From Eledone cirrhosa (lineage: Eukaryota), in the NCBI GenBank assembly GCA_964016885.1, contig OZ024741.1, positions 285,882,001 through 285,946,000 on the forward strand: a stretch of 64,000 nt of DNA. Reading direction: 5' to 3'. Numbering within the stretch: position 1 is the first letter of the stretch; the number at the start of each line of letters is the position of its first letter. Position numbers and translations under genes: made by a program. The notes under the pieces were generated by a model. That model had not been told where the DNA came from, made no database searches, and worked only from the letters and a program-made list of their open reading frames with translations. Positions 14,706-31,490 of this stretch are shown here, one piece after another.

Positions 14706-14710
<5 letters not shown>
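14491..14710 (-). mobile_element. PLE-type fold-back insertion (family C) with truncated HHR
   Basis: Arms ~14569-14627 and ~14652-14710, tail 14491-14568, (TA)n on both sides. HHR 3' half GAAA-CGGCT...AGCCG-UC. Second copy with the same two ends at 28791-28879. Confidence 0.75.
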
Positions 14711-14750
<40 letters not shown>

Positions 14751-14914
14751 GAGAGATAAACACAAATATAATCATACATGTGTTTGAATTGTAAAGGACC
14801 AAGTTCAGTAGGGTGAAAAAAAATACTAACTATAACAATATGGTTTGCCAGACTCAATTCAAAGTAATAAATCAAGAAAAAGAAGAAGAAACCTATATTG
14901 GGCAACTGCTTGAA

Positions 14915-14992
14915 ACACCCGGACAGCTATCGCAGCTGTTTCGCAAATTATTAAGCGAAGGAATCACCAATTTTCTGCTCTTCAGTGGGTGT
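14915..14992 (-). ncRNA. Type I hammerhead ribozyme, core intact
   Basis: ACACCCA-CUGAAGA-GCAGA..UUUGC-GAAA-CAGCU gcgau AGCUG-UC-CGGGUGU. One mismatch at the stem I base next to the cleavage site. Confidence 0.85.
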
Positions 14993-15022
14993 AAAAATTA
15001 GTAATCCTTCCACTTCATACTT

Positions 15023-15100
15023 ACACCCACCGAAGAGCAGAAAATTGGTGATTCCTTCGCTTAATAATTTGTGAAACAGCTCCGATAGTTGTCTTGGTGT
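15023..15100 (+). ncRNA. Type I hammerhead ribozyme, mutated (CCGAAGA)
   Basis: Homologue of 14915-14992 with a U4C change. Confidence 0.7.
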
Positions 15101-15532
15101 TTCAAGCAGTTGTCCAATATAGGTTTCTTCTTCTTTTTCTTGATTTATTACTTTAAATTGTGTCTGGCAAACCATATTGTTATAGTTAGTATTTTTTTCA
15201 CCCTAGTGAACTTGGTCCTTTACAATTCCAACACATGTATGTTTATATTTGTATTTATCTCTTTTGTATATTCAATTCTATTACACGGCTCAGAAAAATT
15301 TCTTTCTTGGAGCTATTTAATTGTAAGAGACTATTTTGAGTTTCTAACTCAATATTCGATATTGTCGGCTCCGTCTCGTTGAGCTAATTTAAATGTCGTG
15401 TAAACCCGGCTGCTATTTTTAGCAGCGTATGTTTATGAGACACGCTAGGTTCTGAAGCCATGTGCGTTATTTCATATTCGCACACTATTCAGTCCTCTCA
15501 TATACATAGAAGTGGAAGGATTATTAATTTTT

Positions 15533-15610
15533 ACACCCACTGAAGAGCAGAAAATTGGCGATTCCTTCGCTTAATAATTTGCGGAACAGCTCCCATAGCT
15601 GTCTGGGTGT
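15533..15610 (+). ncRNA. Type I hammerhead ribozyme with perfect 7-bp stem I and GAAA>GGAA change
   Basis: ACACCCA-CUGAAGA...GC-GGAA-CAGCUcccauAGCUG-UC-UGGGUGU. Confidence 0.75.
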
Positions 15611-15849
15611 TTCAGGCAGTTGCCCAATATAGGTTTGTCCTTCTTTTTCTTGATTTATTACTTTAAATTGAGTCTAGCAAACCATATTGTTATAGTTAGT
15701 ATTTTTTTTCACCCTAGTGAATTTGGTCCTTTACAATTCGAACACATGTATGTTTATCTCTCTTGTATATTCAATTATATTACACGGCTCAGAAAAACTT
15801 CTTTCTTGGAGCTATTTAATTGTAAGAGACTATTTTTTGAATTTCTAAC

Positions 15850-15964
15850 TCAGAAAGGGGAACACTTATATTACGACAATAAATTGTTTAGATTAAATCA
15901 ATCATCTTTATGTACTGAATATACGTTTCAGAAGATAACAAAAAATCTCTCTATCCCTCTCTCA

Positions 15965-15968
<4 letters not shown>
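15850..15968. repeat. Dispersed repeat, inverted copy at ~20152-20271
   Basis: cagaaaggggaacacttatattacgac...ctctctcactca matches the reverse complement of 20152-20271; both abut (TA)n at the same end. Confidence 0.75.
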
Positions 15969-16037
<69 letters not shown>

Positions 16038-16054
16038 TATATAAATGTACATAA

Positions 16055-16087
<33 letters not shown>

Positions 16088-16674
16088 TGTGTATAGTGGT
16101 AGCTATGGTGCTTCCGTAGGCGGTATGCCAAAATCAGCGCTGGATATTCATCAGAGTAGAGTGTAAATATTATAAACAAAACGAAAAATCAGTGATGCAT
16201 CTGGACTTAGTTTATTTCGTGTTACAAATGTTTCGCCGGCATGTAGCTCGAGTCATGGTCCTTGTATGGATCTGGCTGATTCTACTTCTGCGGGTTCTTT
16301 CAGACACGGCTGTTATGTCCGGAACAAATTTTATCACTGGGGTGTTATCATCAACAAACACCCTCAAAAAACCCTCTTTCCACTCTTGTCATGCCATTGG
16401 CTGTTCTTACTTCACGTCATCACAAGTTCTGGTCAGTATCTGCTGCCGCACGGTTCATCACCCATTTTCCGTCCGACACATTTCAATGGAGTCATGCTGG
16501 GTTCAGTACTTCACACGTCTGCTCACACTTCAGAGTAAGCACCCACACATACTAGAATAAACACATAATAACGCACACATATTCAGACATATACCTATCT
16601 ATGCATCACACGTCTACATGCGCAGACACCCACACAGCCACATACGTACGTCGCAGTATATATACTCACACACT

Positions 16675-16840
16675 CTCTCTCCCTCACTCCCATAGAACCA
16701 GTCACACACATTTGTTGATACATGCCGCCACGAGCCTTCTGACTTCTGTATAAATTGGGTAAGCATGTCCTATTCAAACGTATACATATATACATACACA
16801 TGCGCGCACACACACATATACGGCCAACCTTCTATACATT

Positions 16841-16901
<61 letters not shown>

Positions 16902-17135
16902 GAAAGACGTAAAATAAGAAAATTATAAAAATAAGAAAATTATAAAGATTAACTTACTTACTAAAATTTCACTCCAACTAATTAGTTTCTGAAAGGGAAT
17001 AAATATGGTTTCCGAAGAAACGCACAGAGAAATCTGCGTCCCCTTGCATTTAACCACAAAGTTACTAAGACAAAACCTATATATTTGCTGGCATAGGTAT
17101 GCATCTGTATATATATGTTAGTAGATATACTAATT

Positions 17136-17180
<45 letters not shown>

Positions 17181-17372
17181 CTCATACATAGGCATATATA
17201 CATGCACACATACATTCACATACATACATATATACACACCTGCGTATACAAACATATATATACACACTTAGGATTTGTTCATTCTGATGAATGAAAGCAA
17301 ATATCGTTTGCTTTCAAGAAACCACTGGTAAACGAAATAATTATCTTATGTTGTTCATTAGATAACTATATG

Positions 17373-17442
<70 letters not shown>

Positions 17443-17709
17443 CACACACATACATACATACACACACATATATACACAAACGTAAACTCACACATGTCCG
17501 CACACACATACGAACACATACGTACATAAACATTGCCTACACACGTACCTACACACACATATATATATATACACATACATACACACAAAAAAAGTTACAT
17601 ACAGATTTAATGTACCTTATAATATTGTAAATTTATTTGCATATTTTATTTTATTATCATATTGTGTTTATGTTCACGAGTTTTTTTATGTGTGGACGCA
17701 TGTGGGTGG

Positions 17710-17745
<36 letters not shown>

Positions 17746-18359
17746 GCGTATGTATGTGTATATATATATTCCTGGGTGGGTGTTGGGGTGTGTGTATGGA
17801 CATGAGTGCACGAGCTTATGCGCGCCTGTATGTGCAGCCATGTGCATATATATACATATGTGGCAGAATGTGGGTGTATGTATACGTGTGTCTATATATG
17901 AGCATATATATGTATACATATATATATATCTATATCTATGTCTATATGTGTATGAGTGAGTACGTACGTATAGCCACATATGAGTAGGTGTGTGTGTGTG
18001 CGGGCGAGTAAGTGTGTGTATATATGTGTGGATGTGTATGGCTGTATATATGTGGATGCGTGTGTGGGTGCAGGTGCATGCATTTATGGGCCTCTATATG
18101 TGTGTATATGTATTTGTGCATACATGTATGTGTTTATGTGCATCTCTTCGGAATGTGTGCGGATGTTTTTATATATGGACTATATATGTTTTTTTTCATT
18201 ATTATTATTATTCAGTTTGTATTATTTTATCACATACCCTCTTTACATACCCGTATATATGCGTATATGTACGTATGAGTCTGTGTACGTGTGCGCCTGT
18301 GTATGTGTGTGTGTATATATATACGTAGGTGCGTGTGTGTGTGTGTATGTATGTATAAT

Positions 18360-18451
<92 letters not shown>

Positions 18452-18786
18452 ATAATATATTTCATTGTATATTTTTCTTATGTTATTACACTGCTTTATG
18501 TTATTATACTGTTTTATGTCATTATACTGTTTTTTATTACATAATATATTTTCAACTGTTCATTTACAGGTGTGTTTATATATGTACATGTATATGCGGT
18601 GGCACTTCTGTGTGTGTAGGCAGATGTGCATGCGTGCAGGTGTATACATGCGGCAGCATGTATGCGTACGCATGTATAGATGTATGTATATCGGCCTATG
18701 CGTGGGTATCTGTATGTATATGTGTGGATGTGCGTATGCATGTTAAGTTGTCCTTTTTCCTTTTTTTTGTGTGTATGTATGTGTAT

Positions 18787-18884
<98 letters not shown>

Positions 18885-19184
18885 GTACGTGTGTAGGCAA
18901 TGTTTATGTACGTATGTGTTCGTATGCGTGTGCGGACATGTGTGAGTTTACGTTTGTGTATATATGTGTGTGTATGTATGTGTGTGTGTGTATATATATA
19001 TGTATATATATACATATAGTTATCTAATGAACAACATAAGATAATTATTTCGTTTACCAGTGGTTTCTTGAAAGCAAACGATATTTGCTTCATTCATCAT
19101 GAGTGTGTATATATATGTGTGTATACGCAGGTGTGTATATATGTATGTGAATGTATGTGTATGTATATATGCTTATGTATGAGC

Positions 19185-19249
<65 letters not shown>

Positions 19250-19418
19250 CATGTATAGAAGGTTGGTCGTATATGTGTGTGTGCGCGCATGTGTATGTAT
19301 CTATGTATGCGTTTGAATAGGACATGCTTACCCAATTGATACAGAACAGTCAGAAGGCTTGTGGCGGCATGTATCAACAAGTGTGTGTGACTGGGTCTAT
19401 GGGAGTGAGGGAGAGAGG
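16675..19418. repeat. Large inverted repeat of microsatellite-rich sequence
   Basis: 16675-16840 matches rc of 19250-19418, and 17170-17560 matches rc of 18880-19190. The left arm has an extra ~16900-17140 segment. Confidence 0.8.
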
Positions 19419-19616
19419 GTATGTGGATAGTCCTCTTCTGTTGTCGAGTACGTCTCGTCTTGACTATGAGGTCGCTAATTATGAGTCTATGTTGAGAGGT
19501 GCATTCTTCATGGGGGAGGGATTTAGTGTTTACACTCTGTCACGCCTTCTGGTAAGGATATAATCTACCTGGCTGGTATGTTCCCCTGATCTGTAGGTGG
19601 TCAAGTGATTGTCTCG

Positions 19617-19702
<86 letters not shown>

Positions 19703-19708
<6 letters not shown>

Positions 19709-19940
19709 ATATATAAGATAAAAAGATGGTTAAAAGAGTTCCATGTATTTTATTATGCAAACGCAAATGTTATTGCATGATGATATTTGTTTTTGAAATG
19801 CGCATAATAAAATACATGGAACTCTTTTAACCATCTTTTGATCTTATATATTATTATTTATACTCCAGTCCTACAAACTGTAGAGTGCTACTTATCCGAT
19901 ATATGCATTGCTTTATTGTACTACAATAAAACTCACCTCC

Positions 19941-19943
<3 letters not shown>
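19703..19943 (+). mobile_element. Fold-back insertion in (TA)n with ~85-nt tail
   Basis: Arms 19703-19757 and 19802-19857. The spacer and arm hold a degenerate HHR-like AUGAUGA...GAAA-UGCGCA-UA. Confidence 0.7.
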
Positions 19944-20019
<76 letters not shown>

Positions 20020-20124
20020 GTAAAAGGTAAACAGAAATAACAACACAATCGGGACAGTATATGGAAGGTATATATTAGGTTAAGGCTTGATACAGCAGGA
20101 AGAGAGTCTTAACGTTTCGTACGC

Positions 20125-20156
<32 letters not shown>

Positions 20157-22255
20157 TGAGAGAGGGATAAAGAGTATTTTCGTTATCTTCTGAAACGTAT
20201 ATTCAGTACCTAAAAATGATTGATTTAATCTATGCAATTTTTTGTCGTAATATAAGTGTTCCCCTTTCTGAAATGTCAGGTCGTCAAATTCATTAGAAGA
20301 AACTATGATACATTCTAAACATAGTAACATATATATGTCTCCTGCCTCTCTTTTGTTATTTACATTTATATTTATACTAGACCACCTGTGACATGTTGGG
20401 AGACGTTCATTTCAAAATATTTTTTAAAAATCATGTTCACTTAAAAATAATTTTTAAATAATTAAAATATACACAGACATGTATATAATGTGAAATGAAA
20501 CTGGAAGGACCATATATATACGTGTCTATGCATATATATAAATGTGTGTGTGTGTATATATACATATATGTGTGTGTATATATATATGTGTGTGTGTCTG
20601 TGATCGACATACACTGGTCATAGTCACACACGTATACACACACATATATATACACATACCCTCATATATATATATATATATATATACACAAAACAATACC
20701 ACCAGCTCTCTTCCATTCTTCTTCTCTGCCTCCTCTCTCTCTCTATGTCTAATCTCAATCTAATCTCTCGCAACCCCTATCTCTTTCTCTCTATCCTTCT
20801 CTCTCTCTTTGTTTATGAAGGTACCCAGAAAACCCCATATCTCGGGAACTCGTGCTTTGATTCACGCGAAATTTTTTATTCCATTTGTATTCTCATTTCA
20901 GGGGCAAGTTCCTTTCAAAGTATTTTCACATTATGTGCTGCCCTTTTGGCTGTATTAAATTACAGCCAAGCAAGGAAGCAATCACAAAATGTTAGTAAAT
21001 ATATATATCTATATATGTGGTGTACCCGTCACTCCCGATGGAGTGGTAGGTGTGCCGTAGTGGCACACGTAGTTTCTTGGGCATTTTAAGCCTGACAAAG
21101 CTCATCTCGTCTCCAGGTCTGAATAAGTAGATTTATTTTAGAGAATGATAGAGAGAGAGAGGGGGTGGAAGTGAGAAAGAGATGCAGAGAAGTTATCGAC
21201 CCAAATACTAGACTGGTACTTTTTTATCGACTTCGAATGGATGAAATGCAAAGTTGAGAGAGCAGAGGGCCAAAGCGAATGCCACAGAGCATTCTATTCT
21301 ACGTTCTAATGACTCTGCCAATTTGCCCCTTCAACATGCCATATCGGGTACTATCTAGAAATTGCTTTTTTAAATTAAATATTTTGTTAATTTATACTGT
21401 ATTAGTTCGTATTTAATGTCTAATTTTCTAATCCATACAATTACTATTGTTTTTTTTCTTCTGTGATTTGCATTTCAGTTTTATTTTCTTTCCTTTTTGC
21501 CAAATGATTCTTGGTTATTTACTGTTATAGTACTTTTAGGAATAAAGACTGAATAACTGTTTATTTCCAGAAGCTATATTTAAGATTGCACTTTCTGATT
21601 TATTACTTCCAAGAATGAATTTAAAAAATCGCCAAGGAGAACTCATTCAGACAAACACCTTTGGATATGAAGTATCTTATTAAAGTTTTACTTTATTGTC
21701 TTAGTTTTTCTTTCTTTTTTTATTTATTACTTCTCTCTTTGTATGCTTGCCTTTTCTTCAACTCTAACCTCTTCACTACAATATCTGAAAGAAAGTCGAC
21801 AAATTACACCAAATATATCTTACAGAACATTCTCAATTAAGAAGAATTTGATTTGCAAAACACAAAATAATAATATATTGCCGAATATGTAAATGCGTTT
21901 TAGAATACATTATTGGATTGTTTTCTTTTAATATTTTTTTTTTAATAAAATTTCCAATTCTCTTCTATTTATATTTCAGACATTAGAATTTTTTTAATTC
22001 CAATACCAATTATTTTTTCTGTTCCATAATTTGATGTGATTAAACTGCCAGTATAACTCTGAAAAGCAAAAGCGAACTTAGTACATGTTAAATATAAAAT
22101 ATTCTATGTAAAATATATTGTTAATAAAATAGATTTTTCAATTAATTTATAATTGGATAATAGATTTGCAATATATCTGGAAGAAACATTAATTCTAATG
22201 AAAGTCCTCACATCCGTTATTGCATTTAAAACGTTTATAATTATATATATTTATA

Positions 22256-22961
<706 letters not shown>

Positions 22962-24222
22962 TTATGTGTGTATTCATACACACACATATATTTAAATTTA
23001 TTTAATTTATATGCAAAATATTAAATTTGAAATATAGCCGTGGTAATTTTTGAGTTACAGATTTTTTTATAAATTCTATTTTACATCATTATCAATTATA
23101 ACTATAACAAGAGAAACATATATCTTTTTTTTTCAAGATTTATAAAGGACTTTCCCGGCTATTTCTTATTGGTTACCTCTAAATTAGTCCAATTGCACCC
23201 AGGAATAAGTAAAAGTGAAATATATCTAAGCGAAAAAGTAATACAAAGAACAGTATATGCAAAGTATAAGAATAAATAATCGACTAATCGATTAATCGAT
23301 TACGTTGCACGTATCTTTATAAAATTGACCAAGTATTAATATGGAAGAATATTTGCTTGAGTAGCTACTTATGTTCACTAAAACCTATACTACTAAATCA
23401 AAATAAACATGAACTCGCGTACATTACATATATTTTCTAATGTCTGCCACTAGAAGTGATCACATTATCGTATTCTGTAGCAGGACTATGTAATCTGATA
23501 TTCAGATTAATTTAATGCCTCATTAACATTTATTCGGTATCAATTCATTCCTTCGAATTGACTCCAGAAATTGTTTTGAATAGACAGACGCACATTGTGA
23601 CATGTAAGTCGATCATTAGACAAATGAAAATATACAGGAAACAATAAACAACATGCCTGTTTACATTTACTATGAAATTTGCATTACTAGGAAGAAGTCT
23701 TAACGCATATAAATTATATCATCATCTTCAAACACATCAAATAACAAAATATACAAATGATTGCCTCAGTAATTACATTGATGCTACCATAAAATAAAAT
23801 AACATTTTGACAGGATTAAAAACAAAATATATTTCTTGGATATATGGTACAGTTTTATCAATCTGAATAAAAGGCAAAATTGATCTCGGTGGGACTTGAA
23901 CTCAGAGAGCTTTCTATCTGACGTTCTAATTCGCTGGTTCCTTGAAATACTATACATAAGCATAAACCACAATGCAACACCTGCATACGTACATCGACTA
24001 GATGCAGTGATACATGCGCACTCCTCACGAATGCTTACACATAATTGAATAAACCCGTACACACATCAGTAGGCATAAACACTGAATCAATCATTCTATA
24101 CATACACCGCTTATTTTCTATTACACCTCAAAATACATATTCTCACCACAATTCAACAAAAACATAAATCAACATTAACCAGTAACACAACCAAAGACTC
24201 ATATACACGTCTGAAAAAAAAA

Positions 24223-24313
<91 letters not shown>

Positions 24314-24829
24314 CAATTCGAATATAAATATATTCTTAAGTCAGTGCCGTTTGTGAAATCTTCGAAATTGATCTCTTTTTTTCCCTTTCTTACTTACATC
24401 ACTCAAAAACGGCGTTCTGTTAAACACACTCATTTTTTCTGTTCTGTATTCTTTATCTGTTACCTCATTTCTCTGCCAGGTTGTTTGTACTTTTTCTCCC
24501 CAAGAAAGGTAAAAATAAGCAAAATATATCTAAGAGTTATTTATTTCTAACAGTTAGCATCAAACTGACATAAGGTTTTATCACATTATATCAATCATGA
24601 ATATGTTTTGAAATATTTGCCTTAAATCTATTATATGTATATGAACAACTACACTTCCTTTTCTGTTTACTCTCTGGTCAAATGTATCATTCCTGCATAT
24701 GTACATTATCACAGAACACATTCGAAGGAGAGGCTGTTATTTATTAACTAAAGATTATATATTTCTATCCACTAAACCACTCACATATGTAAAAAAACGG
24801 TAAGTGTAAAGACGCCCCCCCCCCCCCTG

Positions 24830-25148
24830 CTTACGAATAACCATGGGCTTTGTATGTAGAAAGTTCCTCTCCGTGGTACAAGATCGGGCAAGGCGTTTTA
24901 TAAGGAAGACCACCTGTCACTCATGTATGCCAGTCTCACCTGTCCACGTCGCTAATGCTGTTCAGGGGAAAGGCAAATGCCAATACATCTTGGCACCAGT
25001 GTCATAGCAAATCATTTCTAGAGCCGCGTATAAATGAGTAACGTGAAATGAAGTGTAAGGCTTATGGACACACCGCATCACCGGGTCCGAGGATCGTTCT
25101 TAAAATCTTACGATTGTGAATCAAAATTGCTAACAATTAGGCCATGTG
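24830..25148 (-). mobile_element. tRNA-head SINE, second family
   Basis: Reverse complement begins cacatggcctaattgttagc... and continues gtgtccataagccttacacttcatttcac. Related copy at 50655-50793. Confidence 0.6.
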
Positions 25149-25369
25149 ACGGGCTTAAGTCGAAGCTAGGTATACGTAAACTTCTACGAATGGAAAGTTT
25201 TTTATAAGCGGTGTTTTAAATATTGCAAATATAGAGTCGAAATATGAATTTAACCATTCCTGATAATTATAAACTGATTAACAAAGAATTATCTGAAATA
25301 TTTAGACATTCATATTTTTAAAGCATCAAAAAACAAGAAGGGTGAATTGTGTTCTTTTGTGTGTGTGTG

Positions 25370-27757
<2,388 letters not shown>

Positions 27758-28222
27758 GACACCACCCCATATTGGTTTTCATAATCTAGTAAGACCCTAT
27801 ACATATTACATATATACATATATATCAAGGCCTGCAGAACTTAGATTAATTAGTAAACGACTTACCTTAGAGAAAATATGGCAGATTAGAACACAACATC
27901 TGTTAAGTTTGTACAATCCCGAATACCAGACTTACAGCTATGTAATTGCGTTGTTTCTCCTGTAAAGATATCCAGGATTATAGATGTTGAAACAGGCTAC
28001 AAGACTTATCGATGTGATGAAATGACAGGAAATGTTATATTATTGCTTAATTGAAACAATACTTAGTTTAACACATAAAACAACTGGAAAGAAAGAGAAA
28101 GAGGAGCAGAAATTAAGCTTTTAGCACGAAGCTGAATATATTTAGACAAATATATACATACATATTCACTCATTAATCGATACTTACATTTATATGGTGA
28201 TTATGAATATATATATATATAT

Positions 28223-28265
<43 letters not shown>

Positions 28266-28555
28266 TATGTGTGTGTGTGTGCGTGTGCGTGTGTGTGAGG
28301 GTGGGTGTGTCTGTGTGTCTTGTTGCGTACGCATGTGTATATGTGTGTGCTGACAGAGCAGTCATAGTGTATGTCTTCAGTCACTTTACATTTTGGGCTG
28401 ATATTCTGTTTCCTAACGTGTGCCTTCTCGTGGGGTTGTGGAATCACATACTATTGGCGCCAATTGGAGAAACGCGTCGCATCACTAACACTAGCAGCAT
28501 AATCTTCAACACAGGAAATTATATTATATACTCGTGCGCATGTGTACACTCACAC

Positions 28556-28639
<84 letters not shown>

Positions 28640-28751
28640 TGAACTATACAGAGAGATATGTTGATATAGTTATACACATATATATGGTATATATATGTAT
28701 GTATATATATATCATATATATATATTTCAATACATACGCAGACACACACAT

Positions 28752-28790
<39 letters not shown>

Positions 28791-28792
<2 letters not shown>

Positions 28793-28879
28793 AACGAGTA
28801 GGACCCCGACGGCTGAGCTCAAGCCGTTTTGACGGCTAATTCTGGACTCATCTGGTTCCTTACCACATTTCCTTCGTTA
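28791..28879 (+). mobile_element. Minimal two-ended family C insertion in (TA)n
   Basis: Antisense piece ggaacgagtagg...ggactcat joined to the sense tail end ctggttccttaccacatttccttcgtta. Confidence 0.75.
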
Positions 28880-29066
28880 TATATATATATATTTATTTAT
28901 TTAATATTTGCCCTACGGTTCTTATATATTCGATATATATTTATCCCTATCGAGCTCTCTTTGGGTTTTAGTCTTCAAATTTATTATTATTATTACTATT
29001 ATTATTATTATATATATATAAAATAAAATAAATAAGTCAAATGTTTAAAATTCGGCTTCGTTTATT

Positions 29067-29121
29067 ACTGCTATATATATTTGGGTGACAGCCATCTTTG
29101 GCTGTGACCTCTTCAGGCAGT
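29067..29121 (-). ncRNA. Family E hammerhead, GAAA>CAAA
   Basis: Same as 42723-42777 except G12C. Confidence 0.7.
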
Positions 29122-30714
29122 CCGAATTAGTGTGGTAGAGACGAGTACACAAGTTGTTGAGGTGTTTAACTTTGCCAATACTCTGATATGCACAGTTCCT
29201 GGTTGGGTTGTTATTTAACTGGGGAACAGGAATCATATGAATTTAAACAAACGAATTTCAGCGTCAAGTGACATCTTCTCCTCCCATTGGTCAGTTGTGA
29301 GAACATTCCTCAGTCAAAAGTCTATAGAAATTCGTTCTGAGGCGAGGCAATCTGTAGTGGGTGTTCTTGTTATTTTTAACTACATCTGACCTCTACTCTT
29401 ATGTTGGTAGTGGTGTTGGAGTCAGCTCAAAAAAATGATAAAGTAGTAGAAGGAATAAGATGGTAAAGGAACAAAATAAAATAAGATAATCAAATAAAAT
29501 GTGTGTGTGTTATACCCATTCTCAATGTTAGAAAGATTTGTAAGGTCACTCCCCCCATTGGTCAGTTGTGAGAGCATTCCTCAGTCAAAAGTCTATAGAA
29601 ATTATTTCTGGGATGAGGCTACCTGTAGTGTTTTGCTATTGGTAAGTACATCTGACCTCTACCCTTATTTTGGTAGTGGTGTTGGTGCTGTGGTCAGCCT
29701 AGGTCTTGCTGCTGCTGACATTTAGAAGTATCTGTCTGTGTTTCATCATCCATCCTGCCACCATTTCTCTTGGTGGTGGTGGTGGGGGGGGGCTGTGCCA
29801 TGCATATGAAGACATAGATGTCAATAAAATGAAGAAAATTAAAAATAAATAATAAATAGAAAATAAATGAAAAATTAATGAAAAAGGAAAAAGGAAAAAT
29901 GAAAAATGAAAAATGAAAAATAAAAATGAAGATTCAAATAAAATAAAATGTGTGTGTGCTATAACCAATCTCAAAGTCAGAAAGATGTTGGATAAAGTGG
30001 TAGGAGGAACAAGATGGTAAAAAAATAAAAGAATAAAACAAAATAAGATAATCAAATAAAATGTGTGTGTGTTATAACCAATCTCAACGTTAGAAAGGTT
30101 TGCAAGGTCACTCCTCCCATTGGTCAGTTGTGAGAGCATTTCTCAGTCAAAAGTCTATAGAAATTCTTTCTGGGGTGAGGCTACCTGTAGTGTTTGTTTT
30201 TGCTATTGTTAAGTATATCTGACCTCTACCCTTATTTTAGTAGTGGTGTTGGTGCTTCGGTCAGCCTAGGTCTTGCTGCTGCTGCCATTAAGAAGTGTCT
30301 GTGTGTGTTTTTTCATCCATCCTGCCACCATTTCTCGTGGAGTTGGTTGGGGGTGGGGGTGCCATGCACATGAAGAAATAGAAAGCAATAAAGTGATGAA
30401 AACAGAAAACAAATGAAAAATAAAATAATGAAGATTGAAGTAAAATAAAATGTGTGTGTTATAAAGATGTTGGCCAAATTAGAAAGGCTGTGTCAGAATC
30501 AATCTCTAGGCTATCATGGTGTCTGCTCAGCTTGGGTGGGTCCCTATGGCTTGAGGGGAGTTCCCAACCTATGGTGTTGTTACTGCCCATATAGCTTGAG
30601 GGAGGTCCGGCCAAGAGGTGTCTACATGTTCTGCAGAAGTCCCTATAGCTTGAGGGGAGTTCACATCTCAGTGTGTTGTTATTGTCCATATAGCTTGAGG
30701 AAGGTCCCGGCCCT

Positions 30715-31490
30715 GACGTGTCTGCGTGTCCCAAAGAAGTCGGTTCTGCGGTTTATCAGGCGGCTTCCACCTCTTAGAATCTCGAGGGTCTCGTTGAGAC
30801 ATAGTTTGCATATGCCAGATCCCCCTTTATCGGGTGGTACTTTCCTGGTTTTCGACCAGGCCAGAGATTACGGGGTCCTGTCCAGCTTAAGCTTCCAGAT
30901 TAGGTCGGAAAGAGCCGTAATTTTCAATTTGGCCTCCTTAGTGAAGGAATGGCGACTGTTATACCAACGTTCTTTAAAGCTCGTTGATGTGGCTCCTATG
31001 TAGAGGTGTTCGGAGTTGGGGGTTTTAACCCTACATCCGTATATTAGGTTCTTCTTAAGGCATTCATTACTAAGGGGGCATGATTCGGGGTTTCTGAAGT
31101 TGCAGAGGGTGGTCGACCTCTGCGTGCCTAGTGTGGGGTTCCCGTTACGTATTACATGGTGGTCTTCCTTCCGGCACGGTGGGGGGTCCCCTGGTCTGTT
31201 TGAGTTTCTTAGTGGGCACTGGGTCCCCCTTTCTGTCCTTCCACATGGTTCTGCTTGGTGCTTATATTGCTATCTTCTGGTTGTGTGTGTTTTTAAGCCT
31301 ACTCCTGTTGATGTTAGCTATGTGTTGGGCCAGATTTCTCGTGGTGAAATAAGAGAGCTTCACAGTGTATCTGTTGAAGATCTTGTGGTATATATGGCCC
31401 CTCTGGAAGCATTTATCAAGTGCTCCAAAGTATTATCGGGCCAAGCTGTTCTTTAAGGCCGCTGAGTAGGGTGGGTTGTACCACGTCATT
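30715..31490 (-). pseudogene. Disrupted Naiad-type linker plus GIY-YIG endonuclease
   Basis: Manual translation WYNPPYS..., HKIFNRYTVKLSY, CNFRNPESCPLSNECLKKNLIYGC...LYIGATSTSFKERWYN...CKLCLNE, with in-frame stops. Confidence 0.85.

Larger units (their letters stand above)
14750..15850 (+). mobile_element. Retrozyme-like element: inverted arm plus 1.6 tandem copies of a 510-nt HHR-bearing non-coding unit
   Basis: Inverted arm ~14750-15015; direct units start at 15023 and 15533; predicted cleavage after GUC at 15093 and 15603. Confidence 0.8.

Noticed and set aside
30541-30712. CRISPR-like spaced repeats (atagcttgagg)
   Set aside because: Eukaryotic context, and the spacers are themselves repeated; this is a tandem duplication in a PLE UTR.
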